Of a stretch of 64,000 nucleotides of DNA, positions 23,934 through 37,706 are shown in pieces; position 1 is the stretch's first letter; every line of letters begins with the position of its first letter. The translations under genes were made by a program, and so were the position numbers. The stretch comes from Podarcis vaucheri. Its lineage: Eukaryota. The notes under the pieces are model-generated. The model saw nothing but the letters and a program-made list of their open reading frames with translations, was not told where the DNA came from and did no database searches. The DNA is taken from the NCBI GenBank assembly GCA_965113315.1, contig OZ220366.1, one strand, 5' to 3'.

Positions 23934-26343
23934 TATTACAAACAAATCTAACAAGGTATAGCATACAGTTGCTTCAAGAATTGAGTTTGGGGCTATCAAT
24001 GTTATTTTTACTGTGGGCTCATGAAAGCCCCACATTTCAGTAACTTGTTTAAAGTGTAAATTGCCAACTTTCCACCTGGTACATTACTCATCATCCATAT
24101 CAACTGATAGCCTTCCATTGGCTCCATAGCATTCTCAAAAGTGTTGTCAAAAGGAGCATTATGCAATTCCTTTTTAAAATGATCGCTTATCGTTCCCCAT
24201 CACTTAAGTATCCTTGCTTCAGCAGAACCCTTTATCTTGCATTAAGACTTACTAGTTTATTCTAACTTAAGAGAATGGGTCTGATTTCTGTATTACATTG
24301 GGTTCTTGAAAACCATGAACTGAGTTGTTTCAAATACTTGTTTCCATAGCTTCAAAGTATTATTACAACTCAACTTTTAATTGCTAACAGAAGATGAAAT
24401 GCCCAACTCTCTTCTAAGCCAAAAGTAGTATGTGTTAAGAGTGCTATCTAGTGGACACCTCCTCTGAAGATGAAACCAGAATGAGTGCTAGCTTTTCCTT
24501 AAGAAAACTGAAATGCCAGCCACCAAGACAGGGACTAAAAGGATACAAAGTGATTTAGGCTGGGCAAGAAGTCCACACACACAGATCACATCCCTACAAG
24601 GATTCGGACAGAGAAAGTGAAGTGCTACGATGCTGAAGGAACCAGATAATAGAAGAGAATAAAACAATTGTATCTCATCAGCGATCCCATTCTCAGAGAA
24701 AGAAGCCAGTTATTCTATATACAGTTGTCACTAGACAATTTATGAGGTAGTCCCAGACACACTATAACATACTATTGTTACATATCCCCAGTCTTATAAA
24801 ACAAAACGAATCCTATTTTGCTCATCAAACTTGAGTTCTCAAATAGGCCCCCATGCCACAAAGGAAGACACTTTTGAAACTGATACGCCTTTTAAAAGTA
24901 GTCTGTGTTATGGCATGGTGGTCTGTTGTTTAAAGGCGGATATGCCATGATGTGAAGTCCTCAAGTATGTCTATCATTGCTCTTTGGAGTCTGACCATTT
25001 TTTTTTAAAAAAGGAACCTATTATGCAAATGGTGTATTCACCCAACAAACAAGGACTATAACTGTAACTATAACAGGAACAACAATTCCTATGCAAGACC
25101 AGTGGAAACTCACAATTGCTATGCAAACACACACACATGAACTTGAGAACATGATTATTAAGTCAGTGGTACAGAAGTTTCCTGGATATCAACATATTAT
25201 TAAAAAAATGTTAATCTTCACAAGTCCATATAAATAATATCAAATCCATCCATTTGCAGGTTAACTGTGGAAATGACATGATGCTTGGGTAAAACAAGTT
25301 AATAAACACACTCCAAGAAAATGTATGATTCTGTTAACATTTTTATAAAATACCTTACAAGAACAGATAAAGTAATTTGAGGTTACATAATATTCAGAAT
25401 TGAAAAAAGAATGTTGAATAAAATAGGAATTGATCACATCACTATGTTTGCCACGTTAGACAAGTTTATAAAAAGGCTTTTTTCAGATAAAATAGTTATT
25501 TAGAAGATAAACCTTCAAAAATGAAAACTATTGCAGTCCTTTCAAGAAACCAGTCCTAGAAGCACTACGTTCCAGGTCAACAGGCAGTACCTGATTAAAA
25601 ACACACTTATCTGCTTCCAAGTTTGTCAAGCTTTTAAGACACAAATTAAAATATTTACCAGGTCAGTGCAAAGTAAAGCTTCAAGCTGGAAATATGATTC
25701 TGGTACAAATAAATTCACATTATGAAAAATCCTCAAGCACACACATGGGATTTAAGCAAACCTGGCACAAGACTAGTTGGCTATTTGAGGACACTGGCAG
25801 CTCATTTAACAGACGTTGAGTTTGCTTGCATTACATATTGTCTGCATTGTCGATGTGCCCCATCATCTGAGTCAGCAATTTTAGAATTCTTTAGCAGAAA
25901 GCTGACATTATGCTGAAATGATTAATTAAAGCTCTTGAGTGAGTCTTCGATGTAGGAACAGGATCACCATTATGAGTAGCTTAAATACCTCTGAAATTGA
26001 TTCATTGAGAATTATGTGCTACCAAACACAACAGTGTGCTTAAATATGTGTGAATATTTGTATGAACAAGCCCTTTTTCTGTGGTAATGTAGAGACCTTG
26101 TTCAGAACAGAACTCTTGCCATATTATTCTGCTAATTCATGAGCAATAATCAAACCATCAGAGAGATAATTTTGCATGGCTATACTATTAAGAATGCTTT
26201 TCAGGACCATTCTGTCATCCATGGGATGACTTTGAGTGGGCATTAGTGTGAACATTCTTCACTGGGATATGATGGCCTTGTAACTTCTTCAAAGACTTTA
26301 TGAATCCTAGAATCATTAGATCCAGACTTGGGACAGTTTATGA

Positions 26344-26478
26344 CAGGCTTCCTCAACCTCGGCCCTCCAGATGTTTTTGGCCTCCAACTACCATGATCCC
26401 TAGCTAGCAGGACCAGTGGCCAGGGATGATGGGAATTGTAGTCTCAAAACATCTGAAGGCCGAGTTTGAGGAAGCCTG
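26344..26478. mobile_element. hAT MITE, same family as 13767
   Basis: TIRs CAGGCTTCCTCAA; perfect 8-bp TSD GTTTATGA at 26336-26343 and 26479-26486. Confidence 0.9.
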
Positions 26479-26612
26479 GTTTATGAGTACGTTGACACAT
26501 TCTTTCACAAGCTTTCATCTACTGGAATTAGTCCAAGTCATCCCAGTAACACAAAACACCACACTGTGCACTTTAGGAGAGTAGAATTAGTGCTTTTCCT
26601 AAATACCCATAC

Positions 26613-26965
26613 CAGTGGTTCCCAAAGTGGGCAGTACTGCCCGCAAAGGGATGGTGGAATTACCTAGCATGGGCATTACGAGGCAAGGGGATGCTGAAGG
26701 TGTAAATGACTGTCAGACTTTGAAAAGCAGGCATGACTGGATCAAATGCATCAATTTTTTTAAACTTTAAATAATTTAATTGGATTGTGAATAAATGTGC
26801 AATTAATCGTTACTGTTTTGAATTTTATTGTATTATTCTCTTCCTTTGTGGGTTGTGCATACCACTATTTTGAATAATGCTTTTTATAGGGTAGGGTAGA
26901 AGGGCGCTGGGGCTGAGTTTATGGAACCCAGAGGGTGGTGCCCCCAAACAGTTTGGGACCCACTG
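26613..26965. mobile_element. hAT MITE
   Basis: CAGTGGTTCCCAAA...TTTGGGACCCACTG with decayed 8-bp flanks ACCCATAC/ACCTATGC. Confidence 0.7.
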
Positions 26966-28949
26966 ACCTATGCTAAAAAGAATGGCCTCTACTGCAATGA
27001 AGGTCTTGTGCTATGACAAGCAGTCCTTTCCCTCTTCATAATATATTAATCTTTTAAAATGGCAGAATATAACTTGTGTTTTCTGTAGGAAAATTGAAGC
27101 TTTTTAACTTAGCAGCACATCAACAAGGTTCTTATTAATTAGAAGGCTCAAAACCAGTCTTAATGATCTTTTTCGGGACTTATAGATAAGTCCTCTTCAT
27201 GAGGACTAAAGAGATAGTCAAGTATGACTGCACATTACATTTTGAATAGTTTAGAAGTGGGTATGTCATACGATCAGATCTTTAGGAGAAAATAGAGGAT
27301 ATGAAAAACTGGAATTCCAATATAAATTATATTTAAAACTTGTCACCATAAATGAGCTAGAGTGCCAAAATCAAATCAAGTAGTGTTGTGACAATGAGTT
27401 GCTAGGTGAAAGACCTTCTCAAAACTGGCCCAAGGGAAAGGGCTGAGGATGTGCACCACAAACTGAGATGTCCCTGATCTTGCCTAATCTGATTTCTGGA
27501 AAATGGATCACAGCCTTAATTTTGGAGACCTGGTTCCTGATTCCCTCCTTGCAGTACTTTTTTCCACTAGTCTATATTCAATCAGGAACAGGAGTTCCTC
27601 TGAATGATTGCATCTGTTTTTATAAAGTCACAACAGCTTCACTGGATGTTGAATCACTAGGCCAGGTGATGTTGGGCATGTCACATATGGTGGTAGGGCT
27701 GAAGAGATGGGTGCCTTATATTGGCTCTAAACCAGGGGCAAGGAACCTATGAACATCTAGAAAAGGAGTGAGGAACCCTCAGGCCTCCCTATCTGGCCTT
27801 GGGACTCTCCCTGGACCTCCCTCAGATCACATCCCTCACCGGACCTGCTCCATGCCTTCCTTGAGTGCTTGTGCTCATCTGGAATGTAGCCTTCAACAGT
27901 GACCATGTCATGCTTGATCAAGGATGCAGATGTGTAGATCAATTTCTGTCTGCATGGCTGAAATGTAGCCTATTAGTCAAAGGTAAGAGTCACATCCATT
28001 GCTTCACCACATTTGCTGCTGCCCCACTCCTCATAAGTATGCGGATCCCAGAAGGTTCCTCACAAGAGAATGTAGGCCTTGGGTTGAAAAATGATCCCCA
28101 CCCCTTGCTGTAGACGTTGTTGAACTCCAGCTTCCATAAGGCGAAGCCAACTTAGCCAATGATTATGGAGGAAAGGAGTTGCAGTCCAGCAACATTTGTG
28201 GAGCCACACCTTCCTCATTCCTGCTCTGAACACAATTGTGGTATCAGAGCAGTCAGTGTATTCAGACTGTATTCTTCACAACAGCTACATGAGCAATAGA
28301 CGATATGCATTTTCCCCATCTCACAGCTTGTATTCATTTGACCACCTGTCATTCCGGCTAAACAATGTCAGGGAGTGTATGTGAAAGTAAAGGGGGAGAC
28401 TTCAATGTTGACAAGAGAAGGAAGAATGAGAGCACATGTGGATTTTTTTCCTGGAGCTTACCAATAACACTTCATTTAAGAAGTCAAAGGTCTTGATTCA
28501 GCCTGTGCTTTGGAACGTCACAGTGTGGGGCACCACTAGGAACTCAAGGCAAACATATTTAAGGTATCTCCAAAAAGGAAGCTTCGAAGAAATGGTGCCA
28601 CAATAAATGCATTTGGATTCAACAGGGCAAAGATTCAAAGTACCTGTGTTAATATGAATTTGTCCCCAAAGCTGTGATGAACCAGCAAATAATTCTTCAC
28701 ACAGGAAATTAACTGATCCCACCTTCCAGGAGTGCAATCTACCTGGTCACTGCTAATATAACTCGACACAATGGATCTATTTGGCATGCCTGATAATATT
28801 CAAGGCATGAACATGGGCACCTTTCATCAAGCTCATCATGGAATGAAGGGCTAATCTGAAATGCATACAAATGGATTTTTAGTATATGTTCCAGGTACAA
28901 TTTACATTTCAGGGAAACTATCATATAATGCAATTGAATATTGTGAACG

Positions 28950-28960
28950 TTTAATTTATT
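28950..28960 (-). terminator. CBLB: Likely proximal CBLB poly(A) signal (overlapping AATAAA/ATTAAA)
   Basis: Minus strand AATAAATTAAA about 710 nt after the stop codon. Confidence 0.6.
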
Positions 28961-29670
28961 TTAAAATTGAAGCCATCTAGACCTTGAAAGTTATCGGCCA
29001 TATGTCAAAGAAAAGCTGCCCACTGTGTTGCAGTCAAAATGCCCTCCAAGAGGCAGACCAAAGACAATACAATGTATTACACATTCAATTTTCTCTCTCT
29101 AAATAGCAAAGATACAACAGTAGGGAAAAATCAGTAGTGAAGGCCACATTTTCCCTTGCATTTGCTTGATGCTAAAATGCAAAAGAAAAGAAGAAGAAGA
29201 AGAAAAAGAGATTAAAGCTTCTTTAAAAGAAAAAATGGAGATAAGAAATAAGTGACTTATAGCTGATGGGGCAAGTCAGTACAAAAACAGTTGGAAATGC
29301 TACACAAGAGTAGAAAATATGAACAAGAACAAAAGAGGACTATCAGCTTGAAAATGGTCACTCACCACCTTGTAAACATGAAAATGCATTTCACAGATTA
29401 AAAGTTTATGGGAAGTAAACTTCTTTAAATTATTTGTCAGTTCAACCCTGATTCAAAAAAGTATGGCTAGCAAAAATACAGAAGATCAAATCCACTTATG
29501 TCTTGAAAGGAGCAGTTTCCCCTCCCTGAAAAACTGCTGGAACTCTACTCTTTGAAAATGTCTAGAGAATAATCTCTCTCTTGCACGCAGTGTTGCACTT
29601 GCATGTTAGCTCTCATGTTCACACTCACAAACTTCTGAAGGACAGGCTTGCTGCAAGGTTTTCCACACTG

Positions 29671-29933
29671 CTATAGATTGAGACGTGGGGAAATGGTCGG
29701 AGGAAAGCAGGCAAATTCTCTTAGAATGCTCCGTGCTACATCAAGGTTGTTTTGGGCTATTTCAAGCGCCCGCTTCACTTCTTCAAAGGAATAGCCTTCT
29801 CCCATAAGTTTTGCAATTTTTGCATCAACATTTTCTATAGATGGGTCAGAGTTATGTGCCTTCCTATGGTGTATTTCTGGAGCAGTCCGGCGGGGCAGTG
29901 GTTTAGGAGGTCTGGCTGGTGCTTGTGAACCAT
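29671..29933 (-). CDS. CBLB: CBLB last coding exon (exon 19): PxxxPR motif and UBA domain
   Basis: [25 protein letters not shown]...[52 protein letters not shown]; acceptor tgtgcag. Confidence 0.97.
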
Positions 29934-30508
29934 CTGCACAAGAAGAAAATCAAAAGAAAAACACAATTTGATATTCAATAAATGTAACAAGAGCCAACAT
30001 TCTTAGTTATTCACAGCCAATGTTTCTGTGTGGAATTTTTTATTAATTAGCTTAATTTGTTAGAGTGCTGGGGAAGTGTTTGCAGCAAACCTGAATCATC
30101 ATATGTCATTTTTATTTTTACACATACTGTTTCCTAAATGCACCATACGATTACACTTAATGAAGAAGAAGGTAATATGAGACAACAGATCACTGATAAT
30201 CAAGATTGGGACTAAATTTGGCTTCTTGCCTTTTTAAATCTAAGGACCAATCTTACATAGTTATCAAAGCTCACAATGAAACCTGAACGGAATTGGAAAT
30301 CTGGTACAACGCCATGTACCAAAACAACCCACAGTTCCATTTAAATTCTGTATAGGTAAGATCAAAATGATTTTCCATTTTATTTGGTGGCAGAATTAGT
30401 CATACATGCCTGAAGCCAACAGCAGAAAAAGAAAGGACACAATCAGTCAAAATTAAGCTTCTTAAATCCCACTGGTTTCAGTGCAAGAAGTAAGCTAGGG
30501 TTTAAATA

Positions 30509-31050
30509 CCGTATTTTTCGCCCTATAGGACGCACTGGCCCATAGGACGCACCTATTTTTTTTGGGGGGGGGGAATAAAGGGGAAAAAATTATTTCCCCC
30601 CCCCCAGGCGCGGGGCTGGGGTGGGGGAAGCCCGAGCTTCCCCCGACCCCAGAACATGCAGCTCTCCGCAAGCGTGGGAGCCCAGCGCTTGGCTCCCGCG
30701 GCTTGCGGAGAGCTGCGCGAAGCTAAGTCTGGGCACGCTGCGCCTCCGTGCTGTCCCCCGAGCTTGCGGGGCTGGCGGCACAGAGAAGTACGCTTCTCCC
30801 CGCCGCCAGCCTCCAAACTAGGTCGGGAGACAGCGGGATGGCGGCGTTCCGCCTCCCCACTGTCCCCCGAGCTTGTGGGGCTGGCGGTGGGGCTCTCCTG
30901 AAGCCTGGAGAGCGAGAAGGGTCGGTGCGCACCGACCCCTCTTGCTCTCCAGGCTTCAGTGAAAGCCTGCATTCGCCCCATAGGATGCACACACATTTCC
31001 CCTTCATTTTTGGAGGGGAAAAAGTGCGTCCTATAGGGCGAAAAATACGG
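30509..31050. mobile_element. Young Tc1/mariner superfamily (Tc2/pogo-like) non-autonomous element
   Basis: Perfect 28-bp TIRs CCGTATTTTTCGCCCTATAGGACGCACT flanked by TA; CpG-rich interior. Confidence 0.92.
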
Positions 31051-32736
31051 TATCTTCCATGGATATCAACTATGGAGTGTGAAGCTTTATGTCTTCACCA
31101 CACAATTTGCAATTTTACAAAGAACATAAAAAACAATGAAAGCAATTTCTATGGTGATAGATAGCTGATATTTCGGAAAGAAGCCGGAACTGGCATGGCC
31201 AACACATTCTCCAGTAAATGAAGAGGAAGAGATGGCACTACAGGACCTTGTCTATCAGCTCTCCTGAAAAACTAGCCCAATCAGGCTCCTCCCTCATCGC
31301 ACCAGCCATTCCATTAGACTAAAGAAGAGAGAAGATTGGGGTTTCCGGCCACACCCATGATCAATGGTGGATGTTCTTCGGAGCCCTCTGGGGGTTGAGA
31401 GGAAGTTCAGGCAGGGGAAAGAGAGGATTTATGAGGCATAAATCCTCGCAATGCTCCCCAGTGGAGTCTGGGGAGTTTACAGTATCTTGCATGCCATGCA
31501 ATCCTGTGTCTGCCAACTTGAAAGGCAAAGTGGGAGTGACCTGGGAGGGTGTCCCTGCTATGGATGATCCTCCACTACCGGCATGGTTTGCGGATGGTTC
31601 CTCCTTAATCTGAACAACTGGCTTTAATCAAGAGGCGCTCCTGGACCAAGTGAGAGATGACAACTGGACACTAAATAAGAAATGCTGCTGCTATGGGAGG
31701 AAATGATCGACTTGTATTTGCAACAGGAGCGGAAAACCTGATTTTAAGAAATTGTATTAAAGTAATTTGGCTTAATTTGTAATAATTCGTGGGAATTATA
31801 AAAATAAATTTAGAGGGACAGAAAGAGAGAGAAGACTGGGGTACAGCTCTATTGACATAGCTGAGAAACCAGTAACGGTTGGTGTCTCTTTGAACGGTTA
31901 CCTTTCAGCTGGCCACTATAAGGGCTCTATAGCTATTAACTAGTGTTTTGAGTTTGTCCCCCTGCCCCCCCAAATTCCTTTTTCCTATTGGGGTGTGTCC
32001 CTCAGATTATAAACCCAAGGGCAAGGACTGTCTTATTATATATCATGGACGGGGAACATAGAGTCTCAGAACATCTGGAGTGTGACCACTCCCATCATTT
32101 TTACACATGATAAATTAGTGATTCATTTGTCATATTTTAAGGTTCCTATTCTGCCAAATAATTAAACAGATTCTGATCGCCCATAAAATGAGCTGGAATG
32201 AATATAAAATATGCATTATGTGTTGAATTGCTCAACACAATACAGAATACAAATGCTACCCACAAGTGTTTTATTCAATTTAGGTTAAAGGTGGAACAGT
32301 TCCTCATGAATATTATTAATTACACAGACTATAAATCCAATAAAAAACTTTCCAGTTTATACTATGACATGATTTAGTATACAGATTTTCATTTAATTCA
32401 GCTTAAATTGAAAGTATTGATACAATTCACACTGCATCATTATTTGAAGTGCTGGTTGAAACTCGTGGATATTTTAGAAGATTGTGGTAGAAATCGTCCA
32501 AATATTGTAGCCCCCACAAATATCAAGACGACTATAAGTACGTCATGCAGCAATTTGGTTAGCATTTAAAAAAGAAATTTGGCTGGGATCAGAAGGACCA
32601 CCAATAATGGAAAACAATTAGTTCAAGTTAAAGAATCACACCCTTAGTAAGTTAAAGCATGGACAAAGTTAACTATGCAAGCTTTAATGGTGGCATTTTA
32701 TAAAGAGAACTGTTTTGTGTTCATTGTGGACTAGAG

Positions 32737-33040
32737 CAGGGGGTGGGGAACCTCTGGCCCATGGGCCAATCTTGGCCCACCAGGGAGTCCAATTTGGCAC
32801 TGCATGAGTTGGCATCACTTGTGACATCAGCGGATGGTGGGAGGGCAGGGAATTCAGCATTTCCTGCAGGTTGAGCAATGCTGAATTCCAGCAGGGAACA
32901 GGCACCAATTCATGGGTTAAATCCTGCCACGTTGGATGCAGGTGAGTGACAGATTAGCTATGAGATGCCCGTTAAATGCTGGCTTCTTTCTCCCCATCCC
33001 CCAATGGGGAAAGCAGAAAGAATGGCTTTGCTACCCCTGT
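32737..33040. mobile_element. Decayed hAT MITE
   Basis: CAGGGGGTGGGGAACC...GCTACCCCTG ends; related fragments near 50930-51270 and 53990-54180. Confidence 0.5.
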
Positions 33041-33479
33041 GCTTTGTGAAATGCTGAGCATAGGGCTCACAACAGCATTTGTGCTGCTGCTTCTAAAAGC
33101 CTGACAGCAAGCTGGCCGTGAGGCACCTGGGAACACAGTGCAAGGGCTTTTGGCAGGTCGGCGGGACAACCAACCTGTTCATCTTGTCATGCAATAATGA
33201 CAATATGTGACTGAGAGTTAGGCAGGCCCACCCACCTCTTGAATTTGGCCCCTTGGAGCAAAAAAATAATAATGTATCCATCCTTGGAATAGAACCAAAG
33301 AACCCCAGCTGCAGCCATGGTCTTCTGAGGGGAAAACTTCTAAAATCCCAGTTAATGTTTATCACGGAAATGTTTAGGAATAAGGAGATCATTTCCCAAC
33401 ACCAGCTATGTTTATCTAAAGAGTTTATCTAACTATCTTCAGTTAGGTATGTTTGGTCTGTAATGTCTGTTTCCAATTA

Positions 33480-33721
33480 CAGTGGTACCTCAGGTTAAGT
33501 ACTTAATTCGTTCCGGAGGTCCATTCTTAACCTGAAACTGTTTTTAACCTGAAGCACCACTTTAGCTAATGGGGCCTCCCACTGCTGCTGCGCCACTGCC
33601 GCACAATTTCTGTTCTCATCCTGAAGCAAAGTTCTTAACCTGAGGTACTATTTCTGGGTTAGCAGAGTCTGTGACCTGAAGCGTATTTAACCCGAAGCGT
33701 ATGTAACCCGAGGTACTACTG
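33480..33721. mobile_element. Tc1/mariner-pogo MITE, family A
   Basis: TA-flanked TIRs; homologous to the copy at 23705. Confidence 0.9.
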
Positions 33722-34399
33722 TACATGAAACTATACTTCATTAGTCTAGGTATACAAATGAACATTCAATACACTGTAATGTGTAATCTTATTTGGTGGA
33801 ATGCAATATATATCTATGTCGGTGGCTTTTCTATTTTCAAGTGTTGTATTCTAAGGTGTGTAAATGATAAACGGGCAAGTGCCTCATACAACCAGGTCCG
33901 ATTTTTAAAAATATACATATTAATACTAGGCTTCGGCTTGCAGAACTACATTTTCATCTAACATCATGTGAATGTAGGGTCAAGTTTTCACAATGTGCAT
34001 ATGCTGCCTGGGCAGCTACTGTTGCATTCAATAACTGTCCAAACTATGAACTTGTGGAGTACAAATCACACACTTAGCACATTCCTGAGGGATCTTGGAA
34101 GAATTCTGGTTGGCATAACGGGCACTCCTCTTAATTTCCTAGGTTACTCTGTGGAATGCAGATACCACTTAAGTGGTTGACAGGATGGCTCCCAAGTGCC
34201 TTCTCCTGCTAGGTAGAGCATGTTCAGCTACCTCAAGTAACTGAGAGCTAAAAGCAGGCAGGGAGAATGCCAAAATATAAGCAGCAAAACTCACTGTGAC
34301 TCTGACCTAACAAAATTCAGAGCTCATTATCAAGCCTATTCTGTGGTGGTGACGACAGTGAAGAAGTAATACTTCTTCACGGCTACTGTGTCCTTACAA

Positions 34400-35040
34400 T
34401 GCTTCTTATAAGAGCTTTTCTGAGTGATTCATGGCCTACTTCGACTTGGCCCAGCTGATGATGTCAAGTTTGATGCATTTACTAAGTGATGATGTGTATA
34501 CCACTTTGAGGACAAGCTCACTCACCTACGCTGTGATTTGATGCTAATGTTGTGAAAGTTCTAGCTAGTGATAAAGTGCCCCATTTGATCCTGTGTTACT
34601 GGATGAATTTCAGTTGCAGTGGCGGCAGGACACAGGCAAGGCTCTTGAACAAACACACCCAATTCAGGTGAGGCAGTGGAAATGTTAAATTGGCCACACA
34701 GAGGTGCGTCTTGCATCTTCATATCTTCATTATGCAGTTTCTGTCACATACTGAAGATACACTTCTTTATCCTGGCCTTTTGACACCTGAGATGTATATT
34801 TGCATGACTCACCCTATATTGTGATTGTAACTTGTTTAAAACTGCTTTTAACATTGTAGCTTAAATTGTTGAAACCCTTCATGGGGCCTTGTGGTGAAAG
34901 GTATATACATAATGTTAGCAATAATCCATCAGTCGGACCATACACCAAGATCTTCTCCTGAGGCATTCTTGTGGTTGCCCTGCCATCTGAAATGTGACAG
35001 GCAGGGACTAGAAGAGGCTATTCTTAGTTGTGGCACACCT
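34400..35040 (+). mobile_element. Old L2-like LINE remnants
   Basis: CTGAAGATACACTTCTTTATCCTGGCCTTTTGAC resembles an L2 ORF2 end, followed by a T-rich tail; heavily decayed. Confidence 0.35.
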
Positions 35041-35367
35041 CTTGTGCTGTTCCTGCAATATTTTCCTAGACCTTATTTCATATAGTATGATTTCCATTTG
35101 TCTATATGTAATATTACCTTTGTGTAGGGAGGGAAACTAGTATGTAGTGTGGGCTTGAGAAACACAGCTATCTCTCTAATAAAGTAATAGAAATACAATA
35201 GAAGTTCAGATAAAGATGGACAGTGCCATAGATCACCAATTTCAAATGTTTTTTTTCCCTTATAGTAATTCATTGTGTTCAGTATCACAAAAAGGACAAA
35301 GTTATCAATTTGTTCTTTGGGGGAGAAGGTGGCAAAGAAATGGTTCTGTATACTGTGCTTTGCTTAC

Positions 35368-35487
35368 CTGAACAAGATGGAAGCTGGTCATAGTCCTGCG
35401 ATGTTCTGTGTGTTTTCATATTTTCACCAGTTAATCTTCGAACTGGAGGCAAAGGAACTAAGCCATTTACAGGATCAAAGAAAAGAT
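35368..35487 (-). CDS. CBLB: CBLB exon 18 (120 nt)
   Basis: [40 protein letters not shown]; AG/GTAAGC sites, phase 1-1. Confidence 0.95.
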
Positions 35488-36620
35488 CTATACAATTTTA
35501 AAAACAAAAGGAAATTTAATGTTCATAGGACAATTATAGTAATCAAAGAATATGAAGATCAGAAATGAATACAAATGAGATCACTGATAGGCTAATAAAT
35601 ACAGGCTTAATTCAAATGCCACAAAATGAGCTATGGAAATGTGCACTCCTCCATACCCACATGCAGATTTCCCCTTTCCTCCCATGCTATGTCAACCAGG
35701 TAAATCACAATCAGGTGAAAAAGGATTTATTTCTTCTAAACTATGGTTTGCAAACCTATTTCAAAATATAGTTTCAAATGAAGGTTGGGCTAGAGCTGCT
35801 GTGGATTTTTGCCTCCAAATCTCAAGGTGAAAAATACAAATAGGCCTCTGGTGGCTACCCTACATCAAACCTTCTCATGCTGTTTTTCAGTACTGCAGCC
35901 ATTGCTCCCCACTCCACCCACTGAGCAGCAGCACATTAAAAAATAAAATAAAATCTGAGCAGCAAGAGTGGAAATACATTCAGGCAACAGGGCTTCTGTA
36001 CCACCTCCTCCCCTCCACTACAGCTCCAAAGTTCCCCTGAAAAGTCATTCTTGAGGATACAAGACTCTCCAAAATGAGATGGAATGCTCTTTGCTGTAGT
36101 ATAGCAACAGAGTAGTATGTATCAACAGTAAACAGTGAGAACAGAAGTAGATCCAAATGGTGGTGTTTTTGAAGGGTTATGGAAATATAAGGCTACTTCA
36201 AGAGATTTGGACAATGTTGTACGGTAGGCGCTGTACACTGTTACCTCACTATTTCAGAAAAAACCCCTATAATTTTGCAATAGTCCTGTAACATATGCTT
36301 ATTCCGCTTCAGCATGAGAAAGAGAGTTTCAGTTTGAGACTTAGTTACGTGCACGCAGACACCTGCTGCGTGATTTCTCCAATATGCCTCTTTGAACTTC
36401 AAGTGTCCTATCCAAAAGTGGTGCATACATTTGTATTTGTCCTTGCAATTTATCATTCACTATAGCATACATAAATCATCCATTTTCTTACGATGTCTAA
36501 ATGGTAAGTTTATAGTTAGAAATATGACCAAATCTAGCTAGCACTTGATGACAGTTCCCACCCCCGTCTGTCTATGTCTCTACTAGAAGATGAAAAATGT
36601 ATTCCCTTTTGAACTCTTAC

Positions 36621-36761
36621 CTGCAGGAGGAAGGTAGAGTTCGTGTCCCGACAAAGGTCTGCTTCCTGCAATGAGTGGCTTTGATTGCTCAATGAGGCTG
36701 TGGCGTGCAGGGGGTGGCGGAGGGGGAAGCGAGGGTGGCGGGTTGTCAGATGCATCTTCGC
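36621..36761 (-). CDS. CBLB: CBLB exon 17 (141 nt)
   Basis: [47 protein letters not shown]; AG/GTAAGA. Confidence 0.95.
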
Positions 36762-37706
36762 CTGCATTGAGAGAAAACTCATTAAATAAGCGAATCTTCA
36801 TTAATGCTATGATCAAAAGTGAATCTTAAAATTGATTTTCTCTGGCCAGGAAGAGAGGTGCTTCCTCCAAAGGTTTATCAAGGAGTTCAGTGACTCCAGT
36901 AATGAAATTGTGCATCATAAAAGTGAAGCTTCCAAACAACACTTAACGCATGCTGTGAATGACCTTTCGCTGTATCGTTTTTAGAAGTTTTCTCTGTGTT
37001 GTAAAATTATCTGTACATCTGCATTTGAGCTTTTGTGCATTGTGGGTTCAATGATGAATGCAGGATGAACTTTCTTTCAGGTGATTATGACAGATCATAA
37101 TTAAACCCATAAACAAGTACATATATGAATGCTCACATGAGCTGTAATTTTAGCACGCAGCATCACTACCAGGAAATGCTTATTGACAAGGCAAGGGTCT
37201 AAACAGCAAGAAGAAACATGGGCAGGATCCATGGACCTGTCAGCTCAATTCACTGAGCCATGGAACATCTTCAGTGGGAAAATGCAATGGCAGCAAACCA
37301 AGAAATCTTAATGACTTTAAAACGAACACCGTAATATAACGAAGTAGAATAAGGCTTGTGATGTCATTTCTTAAGAGCTTTTGAATTCCATTGTGCTTTT
37401 AAAACTTTGCTTTATGCAATAATCTTCTCACCTACAAATGTATTACTTAAGTTATAGCCTGGGTTACAAAGAATTATGTAGGGAAGTCCACGTGCAGGAG
37501 AGTAGTTCTTCCCTTCTAAAAAGCAGCACCTAGTATCATGCTAGAGTCATTTGTATTAAACTGTTTGACTACAAGATATTTTTGCTGTGCTACATTTTAG
37601 CATTTAAAATATAATATATCTAGTTGTATATGCATGTGTGTTCATTTATGTCAAGTTTAAACATATACACTATACCTACAATTTGTGGCATTGTTTGGTC
37701 TAATAT

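Noticed and set aside
30553-31164. Multiple overlapping GC-rich ORFs or a CpG-island promoter of a hidden gene
   Set aside because: Explained by the GC-rich interior of a TIR-bounded non-autonomous transposon.
31350-31740. Minus-strand open stretch containing IKEEP downstream of an AG acceptor-like site (possible extra CBLB exon)
   Set aside because: All three frames from the acceptor hit stops early, no homology is recognised and there is no convincing donor; probably an old repeat remnant.
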